From assembly GCA_965225945.1 (NCBI GenBank), contig CBDDBZ010000038.1, positions 416,001 through 480,000 on the forward strand: a DNA stretch of 64,000 bases. Direction: 5' to 3'. The position numbers and the translations under genes were made by a program. The notes under the pieces are model-generated. The model made no database searches. It had not been told where the DNA came from and saw nothing but the letters and a program-made list of their open reading frames with translations. Source of the stretch: Alphaproteobacteria bacterium. GTDB lineage: Bacteria; Pseudomonadota; Alphaproteobacteria; GCA-2731375. Positions 1 to 10,002 of this stretch are shown here, piece after piece (within the stretch, counting starts at the first letter, position 1; each line of letters begins with the position of its first letter).

Positions 1-276
1 GCCAAATGGGCCGCCCACGAGATTCGCCTGAGCGCCCGGGCCGAGGCGGCGGTACTGGAAATCGACATCGACGACGACGGCCCCGGGCTCGAGGCCCACG
101 CGATGGAGCAGGTCATGGCGCGGGGCGAACGGCTCGACGAATCGGTCTCCGGCTCCGGCCTGGGCCTTGCCATCGTCCGCGACCTGGCGGAGCTCTACGG
201 CGGCGCCATCCGGTTGGAGCGTTCGGCGCTCGGCGGCCTCGGCGCGCGCCTTAGGCTGCCGGCGGTCGAGAACTGA
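1..276 (+). CDS. Sensor histidine kinase, C-terminal HATPase domain (5'-truncated by window edge; not in ORF track)
   Basis: Frame 1 reads AKWA...IDIDDDGPG...RGERLDE..GSGLGLAIVRDLAELYGG...RLRLPAVEN*, with the G1 (DDGPG) and G2 (GSGLGL) boxes. Confidence 0.9.
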   Translation, partial: AKWAAHEIRLSARAEAAVLEIDIDDDGPGLEAHAMEQVMARGERLDESVSGSGLGLAIVRDLAELYGGAIRLERSALGGLGARLRLPAVEN

Positions 277-304
277 CGCTCGTTCGGCTATTCTGCGCCA
301 CGAC

Positions 305-1057
305 ATGAGGGACGGCGAAAACCACGCGCGGGACACGGTCTCGTTCGGCTTCGCCGAGGTCGCGGCCTCGGAGAAGACCGGCTTGGTGCGCGGCGTCTTC
401 GATTCCGTCGCCGCGCGTTACGATCTTATGAACGACGCGATGTCGCTCGGCGCCCACAGAATTTGGAAGCGGGCCCTGATCGACTGGCTGCGGCCCCGGA
501 GCGAGACTCGGCTGCTCGATCTCGCCGGCGGTACCGGCGACGTGGCCAGACGGTTCCTCGCGGCCGGCGGCGGCGAGGTCGTGGTGGCGGATATCAACGA
601 AGCGATGCTCGCTGCCGGGCGAAAGCGAGGCCGAGGTGCCGGCGACCGGCTTCGCCGGGTCGCGAGCGACGCCGAGCGTCTGCCCTTCGCGGATCATGCC
701 TTCGATGCCGTGACCATCGCCTTCGGCATCCGCAACTGCACGGATATCTCCACCGTGCTCGAGGAGGCCCGCCGAGTGCTCCGCCCGGGAGGGCGCTTTC
801 TCTGCCTGGAGTTCTCCCGCGTGGCGCTGCCGGGGTTGGAGCGGCTCTACGACGCTTACTCGTTCCGCGTCGTTCCCCGGATGGGCGCGCTGCTGACCGG
901 GGACCCTGAGGCCTATGTCTATCTCGTCGAGAGTATCCGCCGCTTCCCCGACCAGCGCCGCTTCGTCGCCATGATCGAGGATGCGGGCCTCGCCCGCGTC
1001 GAATACCGCGACCTTTCGGGCGGCATCGTCGCCATGCATTCCGCCTGGAAAATCTGA
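305..1057 (+). CDS. ubiE: Ubiquinone/menaquinone biosynthesis C-methyltransferase
   Basis: FGF..V...EK...V..VFDSVA.RYDLMND.MSLG.HR.WK, LDLAGGTGD, YL.ESIRRFP motifs; ATG at 305. Confidence 0.93.
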   Translation: MRDGENHARDTVSFGFAEVAASEKTGLVRGVFDSVAARYDLMNDAMSLGAHRIWKRALIDWLRPRSETRLLDLAGGTGDVARRFLAAGGGEVVVADINEAMLAAGRKRGRGAGDRLRRVASDAERLPFADHAFDAVTIAFGIRNCTDISTVLEEARRVLRPGGRFLCLEFSRVALPGLERLYDAYSFRVVPRMGALLTGDPEAYVYLVESIRRFPDQRRFVAMIEDAGLARVEYRDLSGGIVAMHSAWKI

Positions 1058-1118
1058 CAGCGCGAACGCTGCCCGTTTCGACTAAACTCCGCCCTCGAAA
1101 CAGAGGCGGGAGGACGCG

Positions 1119-1466
1119 GTGAAAATCTATCGTGGCAAGCGCGACGGCGACGGGACCGAGGTCACGGTCGACGGCGAACCCCTGAATTCGCGCCGCGACC
1201 TCAGGGACCTTCACGCCGAGAGCTTCGAATGGGGCTACCAGGGCAGCGGGCCACAACAACTCGCCTTCGCCATCCTGGTCGAACACATGGGCCCGGAGGG
1301 CGCGTTGGAGAACTATCGCCGCTTCACCGCCGACGTCATCGCCGAGATCGGGGGCGCCGAATGGCGCTTGACCGAGCAGGAAATCGCCGATCGATTGAGC
1401 CACGAAATCGTCAACGTGCCGATGGACCTGGAGACGCTGATGAAGAAAGTCCGGGGCGAGATCTGA
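1119..1466 (+). CDS. DUF6166-like protein
   Basis: VTVDGEPL...FEWGYQGSGPQQLAFAIL motif; GGAGG RBS before the GTG start. Confidence 0.7.
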   Translation: MKIYRGKRDGDGTEVTVDGEPLNSRRDLRDLHAESFEWGYQGSGPQQLAFAILVEHMGPEGALENYRRFTADVIAEIGGAEWRLTEQEIADRLSHEIVNVPMDLETLMKKVRGEI

Positions 1467-1482
1467 GAGGGGCGAGAGCGAC

Positions 1483-3117
1483 GTGGCGCCGAGCACGTTC
1501 GGCGGCCTGATCGCCGCCCAGGCCGCCACCCGGGGGGCTGCGGTGGCGGTGCACTACGAGGGCCGCACCATCAGCTTCGCCGAGCTCGACGACATGGCGC
1601 GCCGGGCGGCGGCGGCGCTCCGCGCTTTCAGCATCGGCGAGGGCGACCGGGTGGCGCTCTGGCTGCCGAATTCGCCGGCCTATCTCGCGCTCTGGATCGG
1701 AATAGCCCGGCTCGGCGCCATCACCGTGGCGATCAACACGCGCTTTCGCGGCGTCGAGGTGGCGGACATTCTGGAACGCTCCGGCGCACGGGTCCTCGCC
1801 ATGTGGCCTGCCTTCCGGGCGATCGACTTTCTCTCGATCCTGGGCGAGATCGACCCGGCGGCGCTCGACCGGCTGGAGCGGTTGATCATTTACGACGAAG
1901 GCGAGACCGCGCCCGAGGTGCCGCGCGCCCTCGCCGCGCTGCCGCGCCATGGCTTCGCCGAGTTGATGCGGAGCGCGCCGCTGATGGTCGACGAGGCGCG
2001 ACCGGAGATGGGCGTCAACATCTTCACCACCTCCGGCACCACGGCCGAGCCCAAGCTGGTGCTGCACGACCACCGGGGCCTGACCCGCCACGCCATCGAA
2101 GTCGCGCGCGGCTTCGGCTACGCGGGCGCCGAGGGCGCGATGCTGGCGGTGATGCCGCTTTGTGGCGTCTTCGGCTTCAACATGGCGACGGCCAGCCTCG
2201 CCGCCGGGATTCCGATGGTGTTATTGAACGCCTTCGACGCGGAGCGGGCGGTGGATCTGATGCGCCGCCACGACGTCCGCCACATGCATGGCACCGACGA
2301 TATGATCGACGCCATCCTGCGGGCCTGTCCGCACGACGGCCTGCTGGAACGAATCGAAGGCGTCGGCTTCGCCATATTCAACGCCGAGCTGGCGGACATC
2401 GTCGAGCGCTCGGAGGCGCGCGGCCTGCGGCTGGTCGGGCTTTATGGCATGAGCGAGGTGCAGGCGCTGTTCGCGCGCCAGGATCCGGCGGCGCCGATGC
2501 CGGAACGCCGGCTCGGCGGTGGCTACCTGACCTCGCCCGAGGCGCGCGCCCGGGCCCGCGATCCCGCCAGCGGCGAAGTGTTGCCGCATGGCCGACAAGG
2601 CGAGCTGGAGCTGGCGGGGCCGAGCCTGATGGCGGGCTACTTCGCCGATTGCGAGGCGACGGCCCGGGCGGTGACCGAGGACGGCTTCATGCGCACCGGC
2701 GATCTTGGCTACACCACCGCCGACAATCATTTCGTCTACGTTTCGCGAATCGGCGACGTGCTGCGGCTCGGCGGCTTCCTGGTGTCGCCGGCGGAGATCG
2801 AGAGCCATCTACGGAGCCATCATAGCGTCGCGGGCGCGCAGGTCGTGGGCGCCGACACCGGGCGCGGCATCCGCCCGGTCGGCTTCGTCATGGTCGAGCC
2901 CGGCGCGGGGTTCGACGAGGCGGCGCTGATCGAACATTGCCGGGCCGCTCTGGCGCGCTTCAAGGTGCCGATCCGGATCGCGGCTCTCGAGGCGTTCCCG
3001 ACCACCAAGAGCGCCAACGGCTTCAAGATCCAACGGGTCCGGCTGCGTGACATGGCAGGCGAGCTGGTGGCCGAGGGGGCGCGGGCGCCGAGTGGCCCCT
3101 CGAGGCGGTTGGTATGA
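1483..3117 (+). CDS. AMP-binding acyl-CoA synthetase
   Basis: FTTSGTTAEPK, YGMSE, TGDLG and FKVP adenylation motifs. Confidence 0.9.
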   Translation: MAPSTFGGLIAAQAATRGAAVAVHYEGRTISFAELDDMARRAAAALRAFSIGEGDRVALWLPNSPAYLALWIGIARLGAITVAINTRFRGVEVADILERSGARVLAMWPAFRAIDFLSILGEIDPAALDRLERLIIYDEGETAPEVPRALAALPRHGFAELMRSAPLMVDEARPEMGVNIFTTSGTTAEPKLVLHDHRGLTRHAIEVARGFGYAGAEGAMLAVMPLCGVFGFNMATASLAAGIPMVLLNAFDAERAVDLMRRHDVRHMHGTDDMIDAILRACPHDGLLERIEGVGFAIFNAELADIVERSEARGLRLVGLYGMSEVQALFARQDPAAPMPERRLGGGYLTSPEARARARDPASGEVLPHGRQGELELAGPSLMAGYFADCEATARAVTEDGFMRTGDLGYTTADNHFVYVSRIGDVLRLGGFLVSPAEIESHLRSHHSVAGAQVVGADTGRGIRPVGFVMVEPGAGFDEAALIEHCRAALARFKVPIRIAALEAFPTTKSANGFKIQRVRLRDMAGELVAEGARAPSGPSRRLV

Positions 3118-3151
3118 TACCGATCGTGCCGGCGGACACCGGGGCGGAGGC

Positions 3152-3895
3152 ATGACGTTGCCGCGGCGACGCGCCGTCCTCGTCGGCGCGCTCGGGGCCG
3201 GGGTGGCGCTGATCGGGGCGCGCGAGCCGCTGGCTCGGCTCGGCCGTGCCCGGCCGTTGAACGACGCCGATCTCCTGCGTTTCGTCGAACTGATGGCGCT
3301 GAGCCGCGAGGGCGGTAACGGTGTCCGCCGCCCGGGCTGGGTCCGGCGCTGGACCCGAGGGATCGAGGTCGGTCTCGCGGGCGAGGGCTGGAAGGCGCAT
3401 CTCGACGAGCTCGACGGCATGCTCGCGACGCTCGGACGCTGGACCGGGCTTCCCGTCGCCCGCCGATCGCCGGATGGCCGGCGGCGCGGATACCTGACCA
3501 TCCGCCTCCTTGCGCATGGCGAGGTGGCGGCCCACCACGGTGCCGGCGGAGCGGTCTGTTCCACTTGGACCTTCGGCGACGGCGGTCGCCTGCACACCGC
3601 GCACATGGACGTCAGCGACCGCTTCACCGACTGTTTGGCGCACGAGTTCATGCACGTGCTCGGGATCGACAACCATTGGAGCGGGCCCGATGCCTCGACC
3701 GATATTCCCAGCGTACTGGCGCCGCGCGGCGGCCGCGGGCGCACGATCCAGTTCTCCGACTGGGACGAGATGGCGATCCGCCTGCTCTACCACCCCGACA
3801 TCCGGCCGGGCATGAGCCGGGACCAGGCGCTATCGGCCATGAAGCGTTTACTTGTGGCGAACGCCGTCGCCCGGCCGTTGGGCCGGCCCACCTGA
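3152..3895 (+). CDS. DUF2927-like exported zincin metallopeptidase
   Basis: RRRAVL twin-arginine-like signal, VRRW, HEFMHVLG (HExxH), D..AIRLLYHPDIRPGM; GGAGG RBS. Confidence 0.7.
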   Translation: MTLPRRRAVLVGALGAGVALIGAREPLARLGRARPLNDADLLRFVELMALSREGGNGVRRPGWVRRWTRGIEVGLAGEGWKAHLDELDGMLATLGRWTGLPVARRSPDGRRRGYLTIRLLAHGEVAAHHGAGGAVCSTWTFGDGGRLHTAHMDVSDRFTDCLAHEFMHVLGIDNHWSGPDASTDIPSVLAPRGGRGRTIQFSDWDEMAIRLLYHPDIRPGMSRDQALSAMKRLLVANAVARPLGRPT

Positions 3896-3931
3896 GGGTG
3901 GTCGGCGCCGAATACGACCGTCCGCGTGCGG

Positions 3932-4854
3932 TCAGGCGCGAATGGCGTGGATGCGATAGAAGCCGAGGTCGCCGGCCTCGAGCGCCGCCAGGCGGCGGGC
4001 CCAGAACTCGATCTCGCGCATCACCCAGGCGCGAAGCTCGGGCGACACCTCCCGTTCCTCGGCGCCGTCCAGGAAGTCGCGCAGCGCGCGGCGCGCCAGT
4101 CCGGCGTAGTCTTCGACCTTGTCTTCGGCGATGCGGACGTCGAGATTCAACCCCTCGAGTCGCGCGATCAGGTCCTCGAGGGTGCCCGGCGCCTCGGCCG
4201 TCGCCTCGCGGGCGACCCAGGCCTCGATCTCCGGCCCGGCCGCGCCCTCCGCCGTCAGCGCGAAGTCGGTCAGCACCATCTCGCCCGTCGGCTTCAGCAC
4301 CCGGTCCATTCGCGCCAACACTTCGCCCTTGTCCGGGAAGCCCTGCAGTCCGCTGAACGAGAGCACCACGTCGCACGACTGGTCGCGAACCCCGACGTCC
4401 CCGAGATCGCCGGCCCTGACCGCCGCCTTCTTGGCGAGACCGGCCTTCGTGGAGTGCTCGGCGGCGGCGGCGGCCAGCACCGGGTCGGGCTCCACCGCCT
4501 GGACCCAGGCGCCGGTGATCCGCGCGACGGCGCGAGCCGAGGCGCCGATGCCGGCGGGGAATTCCAGCACGCTCATCTTATCGTTCATGCCGAGAGGACG
4601 GATCATTTCGTCGATGAAATCGATGCCGATCGGATCGATCTGGCCATCACCGAAGATCAGCTCGGCGGCATGGAGCCGTTCCGGTGCCCAGCTGTGATCT
4701 CGGGGGGCGGGCGCGCGTCGGTGGTCGGGGGCGCCGCGACGGCGTCTCGATCGACCGGGCTTTTGGCGATCTCATAGCCGTCCCACCAAGCCCGGAAGCG
4801 CGTGCGCAGCAGTGGCTTGGTGGGTGCGGCGGTCTTGGTCTTGGCCAGGGCCAT
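3932..4854 (-). pseudogene. SAM-dependent methyltransferase split by a frameshift near 4702-4707 (possibly a sequencing error)
   Basis: Upstream ORF (RFRAWWDGYE) joins a frame reading WAPERLHAAELIFGDG...VLEFPAGIG...RVLKPTGEMVLTDF if one base is added in the 6-nt homopolymer. Confidence 0.7.
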
Positions 4855-4974
4855 GGTATCTTTCCGGATGGCGGGTAGCCTATGATCCTCACCAGGATGC
4901 GCCCAAAAGCCTTAATCTCTAGTAAAGCACGACGCGCCATCCCACTGACCAGCCCCTTCGACGGAGCCGCGTGA

Positions 4975-5546
4975 ATGACCCCCAAATTCGTCGTCCTCGC
5001 CGCCGTCCTCGCCACGGCGCTCGGACTTCTCCAGCCGGCGCCCGGGCGGCCGAGCAGGAAGAGCAGACCTTCGACCAGAACGAGATCCTGAGGGAAGCCG
5101 GAAACGTCCTCGGCGGCACTACCAAGGCTCTGGCCGACATTGTCGAGAAGGTCTTCGCCGAGCACGGCCGGCCCAACGCCTATATCGCCGGCGAGGAGAT
5201 CAGCGGCGCCATCGGCGTCGGCCTGCGCTATGGCAACGGGCGGCTCAGGCGCAAGGGCGGCGGCTCCCGCAAGGTCTATTGGCAGGGACCCTCGATCGGC
5301 TTCGATTTCGGCGCCAACGCCTCCAAGGTCTTCACCCTGATTTATCACCTCGGGAGCGATTCGGCGCTGTTCCAGCGCTATCCGGGCGTCGAGGGCAGCT
5401 TCTATTTCGTCGCCGGTCTCGGCCTCAACTACCAGCAGAGCGGCGAGGTGATTCTGGCGCCGATCCGCACCGGGGTGGGCCTGCGCGCCGGCGCCAACGT
5501 CGGCTACTTGCACTACGGCCGCAAGCACTCCTGGCTGCCGTTCTGA
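4975..5546 (+). CDS. eipA: Envelope integrity protein EipA (DUF1134), with an apparent frameshift after the signal peptide
   Basis: G.PNAYI.GEE.SGA...GLRYG.G, VYWQGPSIGFDFG, PIRTGVGLRAGANVGYL motifs. Signal peptide MTPKFVVLAAVLATALGLL lies in another frame from ATG 4975. Confidence 0.8.
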
Positions 5547-5555
5547 AGCGGACCC

Positions 5556-7055
5556 TCAAGCCGGGCGCGTCTTCGGCATCCGCACCAAGAGCAGCAGCGG
5601 GAGCGCCGCGAAGCCGGTGAAGGCGATCAGGTAGAAGGCGTTGATGTAGCCAATCATCGTCGCTTGGCGCGCCGTCTCGCCGCTGATCGCAGCCAGCCCT
5701 TCGACGCTGGTGATATCCCAGGCGCCGACCACCCAGGAATAGCGCAAGCTTTCCTTGAAGGGGCTCAACTGCTCGACCAGGGTCGCGTAGTTGGCCTGCG
5801 ACGAGCGGATCACCAGGGCGACGCAGATCGAGATGTAGATGCTGGCGCCGATGTTCCGCAAAAGGTGGAAGATCGCCGTGCCCTCCGGCAAATAGCGCGG
5901 GTTCAAGGTCGCGAAGGTGATCACCGTCAGCGGCACCCAGGTCATGCCGACGCCGAAGCCCTGCAAGGTGCTGGTCCAGGCGACGTCGAAGATGGTGAGG
6001 TTGATGTCGAGTTGCGCCACCGCCAGGCTGGAGAGGCCTTGCGCGCCGAAGCCGACGGCGAGCGCCAGTCTGGGATCGAAGCGGGTCAGATAGACGGCGA
6101 GGAAGAAGCTCAACAAGTTGCCCATGCCGCGCGTCGCCAGCAGCCAGCCGATCACCGAGTCGGGAAAGCCCCTGAGGTCCTGCAACAACACCGGAAACAG
6201 CACCATCGGCGTGAAGTTGAGCATCCCGAAGACGAAGACCATCGCCATGCCGATGGCGAAGTTGCGATCGAGCAGGAGGCGGGGATTGAGGAACGGCTTG
6301 TCGGATGACAGGCTGTGCAGGGCGAAGAGGTAGAAGGCGATCACCGCGATCGCGCCCTCGAGCAGGATTTCGGCCGATTCGAACCAGTCCAGCCGCCCGC
6401 CGCGATCGAGCATCATCTGAAACGCGGTGATCGCGACGGCGAGAGTGAGGAAGCCGGTCCAATCGAGGCGGCTCACCCGGTCGTTCTTGCTCTCCCGGAT
6501 CGTCAGCACGGCGCCGATATAGGCCAGCGCGCCGACCGGGCCGAGCATGTAGAAGACCCAACGCCAGCTCGACGCCTCGGCGACATAGCCACCGACCGTC
6601 GGCCCGATGATCGGCCCGATGACGACGCCGACGCCCCAGAGCGCGGTTACCAAGGCGTGCTGTCGGCGGGGAAAGGTGTCGAGGATGATCGCCTGACTCA
6701 AGGGCACCAGCGGCGCGCCGAACAGGCCCTGCGCCACCCGATAGACCACCAGGACCTCCAGGTTGGGCGCCGTGCCGCAGGCGATCGAGGCGAGGGTGAA
6801 GCCGAGGATCGACCCGAGCATCAGGCGTCGACGGCCGAAGCGGCCGGTGAGCCAGCCGGTCATCGGCGTCGCCACCGCCGTCGCCACCAGGTTGAAGGTG
6901 ACCACCCAGGCGATCTGATCCTGCGTCGCCGAGAGCGAGCCCTGCATCTGCGGCAGCACGACGTTGGCGATCGTCACCGTCGTGGCATAGAGCATGGTGG
7001 CGCCCGATGCCGTGATCAGGATCGCGATGCGGCGAAAGGCGCTGCTCTCTTCCAC
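5556..7055 (-). CDS. DHA2 (EmrB/QacA) family MFS efflux permease
   Basis: TIANVVLPQMQGSLSATQDQIAWVVT, GRFGRRRL, GPTVGG..WRWVFY; many TM segments. Confidence 0.9.
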   Translation of the reverse strand: MEESSAFRRIAILITASGATMLYATTVTIANVVLPQMQGSLSATQDQIAWVVTFNLVATAVATPMTGWLTGRFGRRRLMLGSILGFTLASIACGTAPNLEVLVVYRVAQGLFGAPLVPLSQAIILDTFPRRQHALVTALWGVGVVIGPIIGPTVGGYVAEASSWRWVFYMLGPVGALAYIGAVLTIRESKNDRVSRLDWTGFLTLAVAITAFQMMLDRGGRLDWFESAEILLEGAIAVIAFYLFALHSLSSDKPFLNPRLLLDRNFAIGMAMVFVFGMLNFTPMVLFPVLLQDLRGFPDSVIGWLLATRGMGNLLSFFLAVYLTRFDPRLALAVGFGAQGLSSLAVAQLDINLTIFDVAWTSTLQGFGVGMTWVPLTVITFATLNPRYLPEGTAIFHLLRNIGASIYISICVALVIRSSQANYATLVEQLSPFKESLRYSWVVGAWDITSVEGLAAISGETARQATMIGYINAFYLIAFTGFAALPLLLLVRMPKTRPA

Positions 7056-7260
7056 GCTGGCGACTGGCTCCCACCGGGCGATCCCGGGCGCCCGGAAGGG
7101 CCAATCTAGCCGCTTCCCACCGCGCTGTATCGCCTTGCCGCCCCCGGGGCCGCCGCCTTGCCGCCGCCGGGCGATTCCGTGGATGGGGATAATGCGTTAG
7201 GATTTCGGCGGCGGGAGACGGCTATCCTCGGGGCGGCGCGGAAAGTATGGCCGAATTGGC

Positions 7261-10002
7261 ATGACCGAATTGGTTGACTTCACAGCCCCGCCACGCCGTT
7301 CCGCCGTCTTCGTCATCGGCGCTTCCGTTCTCTTGATCTCGATCCTCGCCATCGTCGGCTTCCGGGGCGCGGTCAGATCGGTCGGCAACACCGAGATCGT
7401 GACGCTCGAGGTCGTCGGCCGCGACGGCGCGGCCCCGCCCGCCGCGCAACTGTCGATCGCGCCGGCGGTAAACATGGCGCGGGTGGATCGGGCGAGCGCC
7501 ACGGGTAGATGGCGGCTCGAGGCGATCCCCGTCGGCGGTCTCGTGCTGCATCTGACGGAGGGCTGGCGCGAGAGCCTGGACCATGTGCGGATCGCCGTCG
7601 GCGACGTCTCGCGGCGCTACGACGCGGCGGCCGTGGCGCGCGAGTGGCCCCGTGTCGAGCCGTCGAGTGTCGAGAGGTCGGGCGAAGCCGGGCTCGAGGC
7701 GCGAGCACCCCCGCCCGACGATTTCCCGACCAAGGTGCTGCCGGGCTTCGGCGTCGAGGCGCTCAATTGGGCCGGGACCGGCCCGATGCTCGCCAGGGCC
7801 TTCACCCCGGCGCTCGTGGTGGCGCTGCTCCTTGCCTGGCTCGCCGTCAGGACCCTGGGCGCGGACCGGGCGACGAGAGGAATTGGCGCCTGGCTGATCG
7901 CGGCACGCCCCCCGGCCCCCGCCCAGGGTCCGGCGGCGCCAGCCACCTCCTGGCTCGCCCTCGGACTCGGCGTCGTGGTCTCCGGCTTCGCGTTGCTGGA
8001 GATGGCGGAGCCCTACTATTTCGTCGAGGACGACAACTTCACTCAGTTTCTGGGGCCCATCCTGCACGGCTGCCGGGTGCTCGACGAAGGTGGCTGGCCC
8101 GACTACAACCCCTATCAGCTCATGGGCGTGCCGCTCGCCAACGTCGGCATCTACGGGCTCACCTATCCCGCGATGTGGCTCGCCTGCGCCGTGGCCGGCG
8201 ACGGTCTCGGCCTGCCGACCGCGACCCTGGAGGTCTATGCGGCCATGCATCTGGCGGCGGGCTATCTCGCCTGCTTCGTTCTCGGCCGTCGCCTCGGACT
8301 GGTGGCGCCGCTGGCCATGGCGTTCGGCGTCTCCTTCGCGCTCTCGGGCTATTTCCTGATCGCCGGACGGTCCTGGTACTACATGCTGCCGGTGGCGACT
8401 TGGTTGCCGCTCCTGGTGCTCTCGGCGGTCGTGCTCCGGAGCAGCCCGCGACCGGGCCGTTGGGCCTTCTGGAGCGGCCTCGCGATCGGTCTGTTCTTTC
8501 ACGCCGGCAATGCCCAGATGTGGTGCTATGGCGTGATCGCCTGGGGCGCGGTGCTGGGAATCGACTGGTTCGGCGGCCGGCTGAACTGGCGCCGCCTGCT
8601 CTGGGCCGCCGCCGCGCTCGCCTTCGGCCTCGCCGTCGCGGCCCCGCTGCTGGTGCCGCAGCTCATGTTCCTCTCCGGTATCGATCGTTATGCGGCCGAG
8701 GGCAACGGCATCTGGAACATGCTGGCGGCCCTGTTCCTGCCCTATCCGCTGGTCGCGGCGGAACACCCCAACGGCTGGGGCGCGGAATTCGGCGGCCGGA
8801 TGACACAAATGGCTTATTCCGGCACGGTCCTGACGCTCGCCGGCGGCGTGGCGGTGATAGCGGTCATCACCGCCTGGCTCCGCTTCCGCCTCGATCGGGA
8901 CTGCCTGATCCGCCATCGCTGGGCGCTGCTGGCGTTGCTGGCGCTCGTGGTCGCCTTGGGCGATGCCGGCCTCGCCTGGTCGGCGCTGGCCAAGCTGCCC
9001 TTCTTCGGCTACTTCACCCACCCCTTCAAGCTGCTGCCGTACGTGGTCCTGTTCCTGAACCTGGCCGGAGCGCTGATCCTGGGCGAGCTGCTTCGCCGGC
9101 GCCCCGTCCTGCTGGCCGGCCTCTCCCTCGCGGTGGCATTGCTGATGCTCTATAACGCGGCCATCGCGCGGGCGAGTTTCCTCTCCTTTCCGGATCCGCC
9201 CTATCCGGCTCCGAGTCGCGCGATGGCCGATACGCTGGGCGCGGGCGGAAGCAAGCTCGGAGCCCGAATCGTCGTCGAGAGCTATTTTCGCGATCCCCGT
9301 GTCGCCGACGTCCTAGGCCGCAACATCGCGACCGCGCATGGCGTCATGGCGATCGGCGGCTACGGATCGATGACCGCCTTCGGCCACGAATACGCGACGC
9401 TCGAGCGCGCCGTCATCGAGCGTCCGATCGCCGCGCGCCGCGCCTATGGTGTCCGCTGGTTGGTCCGTCAAAATCCGACCCGAGCCGAGGTCGGACGCGC
9501 CGCCGGCTATTGGGGCGAATACTTCATGTGGAAGTTTACCCATCCCCTCCGGGCCGAGGTCTCGGGCGTGGCCCCGGTGGTGACAGCCAAAAGAGCGCAA
9601 GTTCTGGACCTGGGTCCGGCCGACCCGGTGGCCTTCCCGCTCGGCCGGCCGGATCGCCCCCTGGTGGCGCGACTGATTCGGGGCAAGGTCGAGGTGGAGT
9701 TGCCACCGTCGACCGCGGCCGGCGAAATCGTGTTGAATTTCTTGGCTAGGCCGCGTCTGGTCCCGCGTCTCGACGGCGAGACGCTGGAGGCACGGGCCGA
9801 CGAATGGGGCCGGATCGTCGCCCGGGTGCCGGCGGGCGGCGGCCTGTTGCGGTTGGACTACGACGCCGGCTGGATCAGAGGCGGCGTTTTGAGCCTCGTG
9901 CTGGCGATCAACGCGCTCGCCCTCGCCCTCGTCGCCTTCATGGCCGAGCTCTGGTGGAGCGGACGGTTCCGTGCCCCGGTTCCCGACGAGATGCAACCAT
10001 GA
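7261..10002 (+). CDS. Large multi-TM YfhO/GT-C-like membrane glycosyltransferase
   Basis: 913 aa, many TM helices, YFVEDDN..QF.P and W.DYNPYQLMGVPL...G..YP loop motif typical of YfhO-like proteins. Confidence 0.65.
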   Translation: MTELVDFTAPPRRSAVFVIGASVLLISILAIVGFRGAVRSVGNTEIVTLEVVGRDGAAPPAAQLSIAPAVNMARVDRASATGRWRLEAIPVGGLVLHLTEGWRESLDHVRIAVGDVSRRYDAAAVAREWPRVEPSSVERSGEAGLEARAPPPDDFPTKVLPGFGVEALNWAGTGPMLARAFTPALVVALLLAWLAVRTLGADRATRGIGAWLIAARPPAPAQGPAAPATSWLALGLGVVVSGFALLEMAEPYYFVEDDNFTQFLGPILHGCRVLDEGGWPDYNPYQLMGVPLANVGIYGLTYPAMWLACAVAGDGLGLPTATLEVYAAMHLAAGYLACFVLGRRLGLVAPLAMAFGVSFALSGYFLIAGRSWYYMLPVATWLPLLVLSAVVLRSSPRPGRWAFWSGLAIGLFFHAGNAQMWCYGVIAWGAVLGIDWFGGRLNWRRLLWAAAALAFGLAVAAPLLVPQLMFLSGIDRYAAEGNGIWNMLAALFLPYPLVAAEHPNGWGAEFGGRMTQMAYSGTVLTLAGGVAVIAVITAWLRFRLDRDCLIRHRWALLALLALVVALGDAGLAWSALAKLPFFGYFTHPFKLLPYVVLFLNLAGALILGELLRRRPVLLAGLSLAVALLMLYNAAIARASFLSFPDPPYPAPSRAMADTLGAGGSKLGARIVVESYFRDPRVADVLGRNIATAHGVMAIGGYGSMTAFGHEYATLERAVIERPIAARRAYGVRWLVRQNPTRAEVGRAAGYWGEYFMWKFTHPLRAEVSGVAPVVTAKRAQVLDLGPADPVAFPLGRPDRPLVARLIRGKVEVELPPSTAAGEIVLNFLARPRLVPRLDGETLEARADEWGRIVARVPAGGGLLRLDYDAGWIRGGVLSLVLAINALALALVAFMAELWWSGRFRAPVPDEMQP

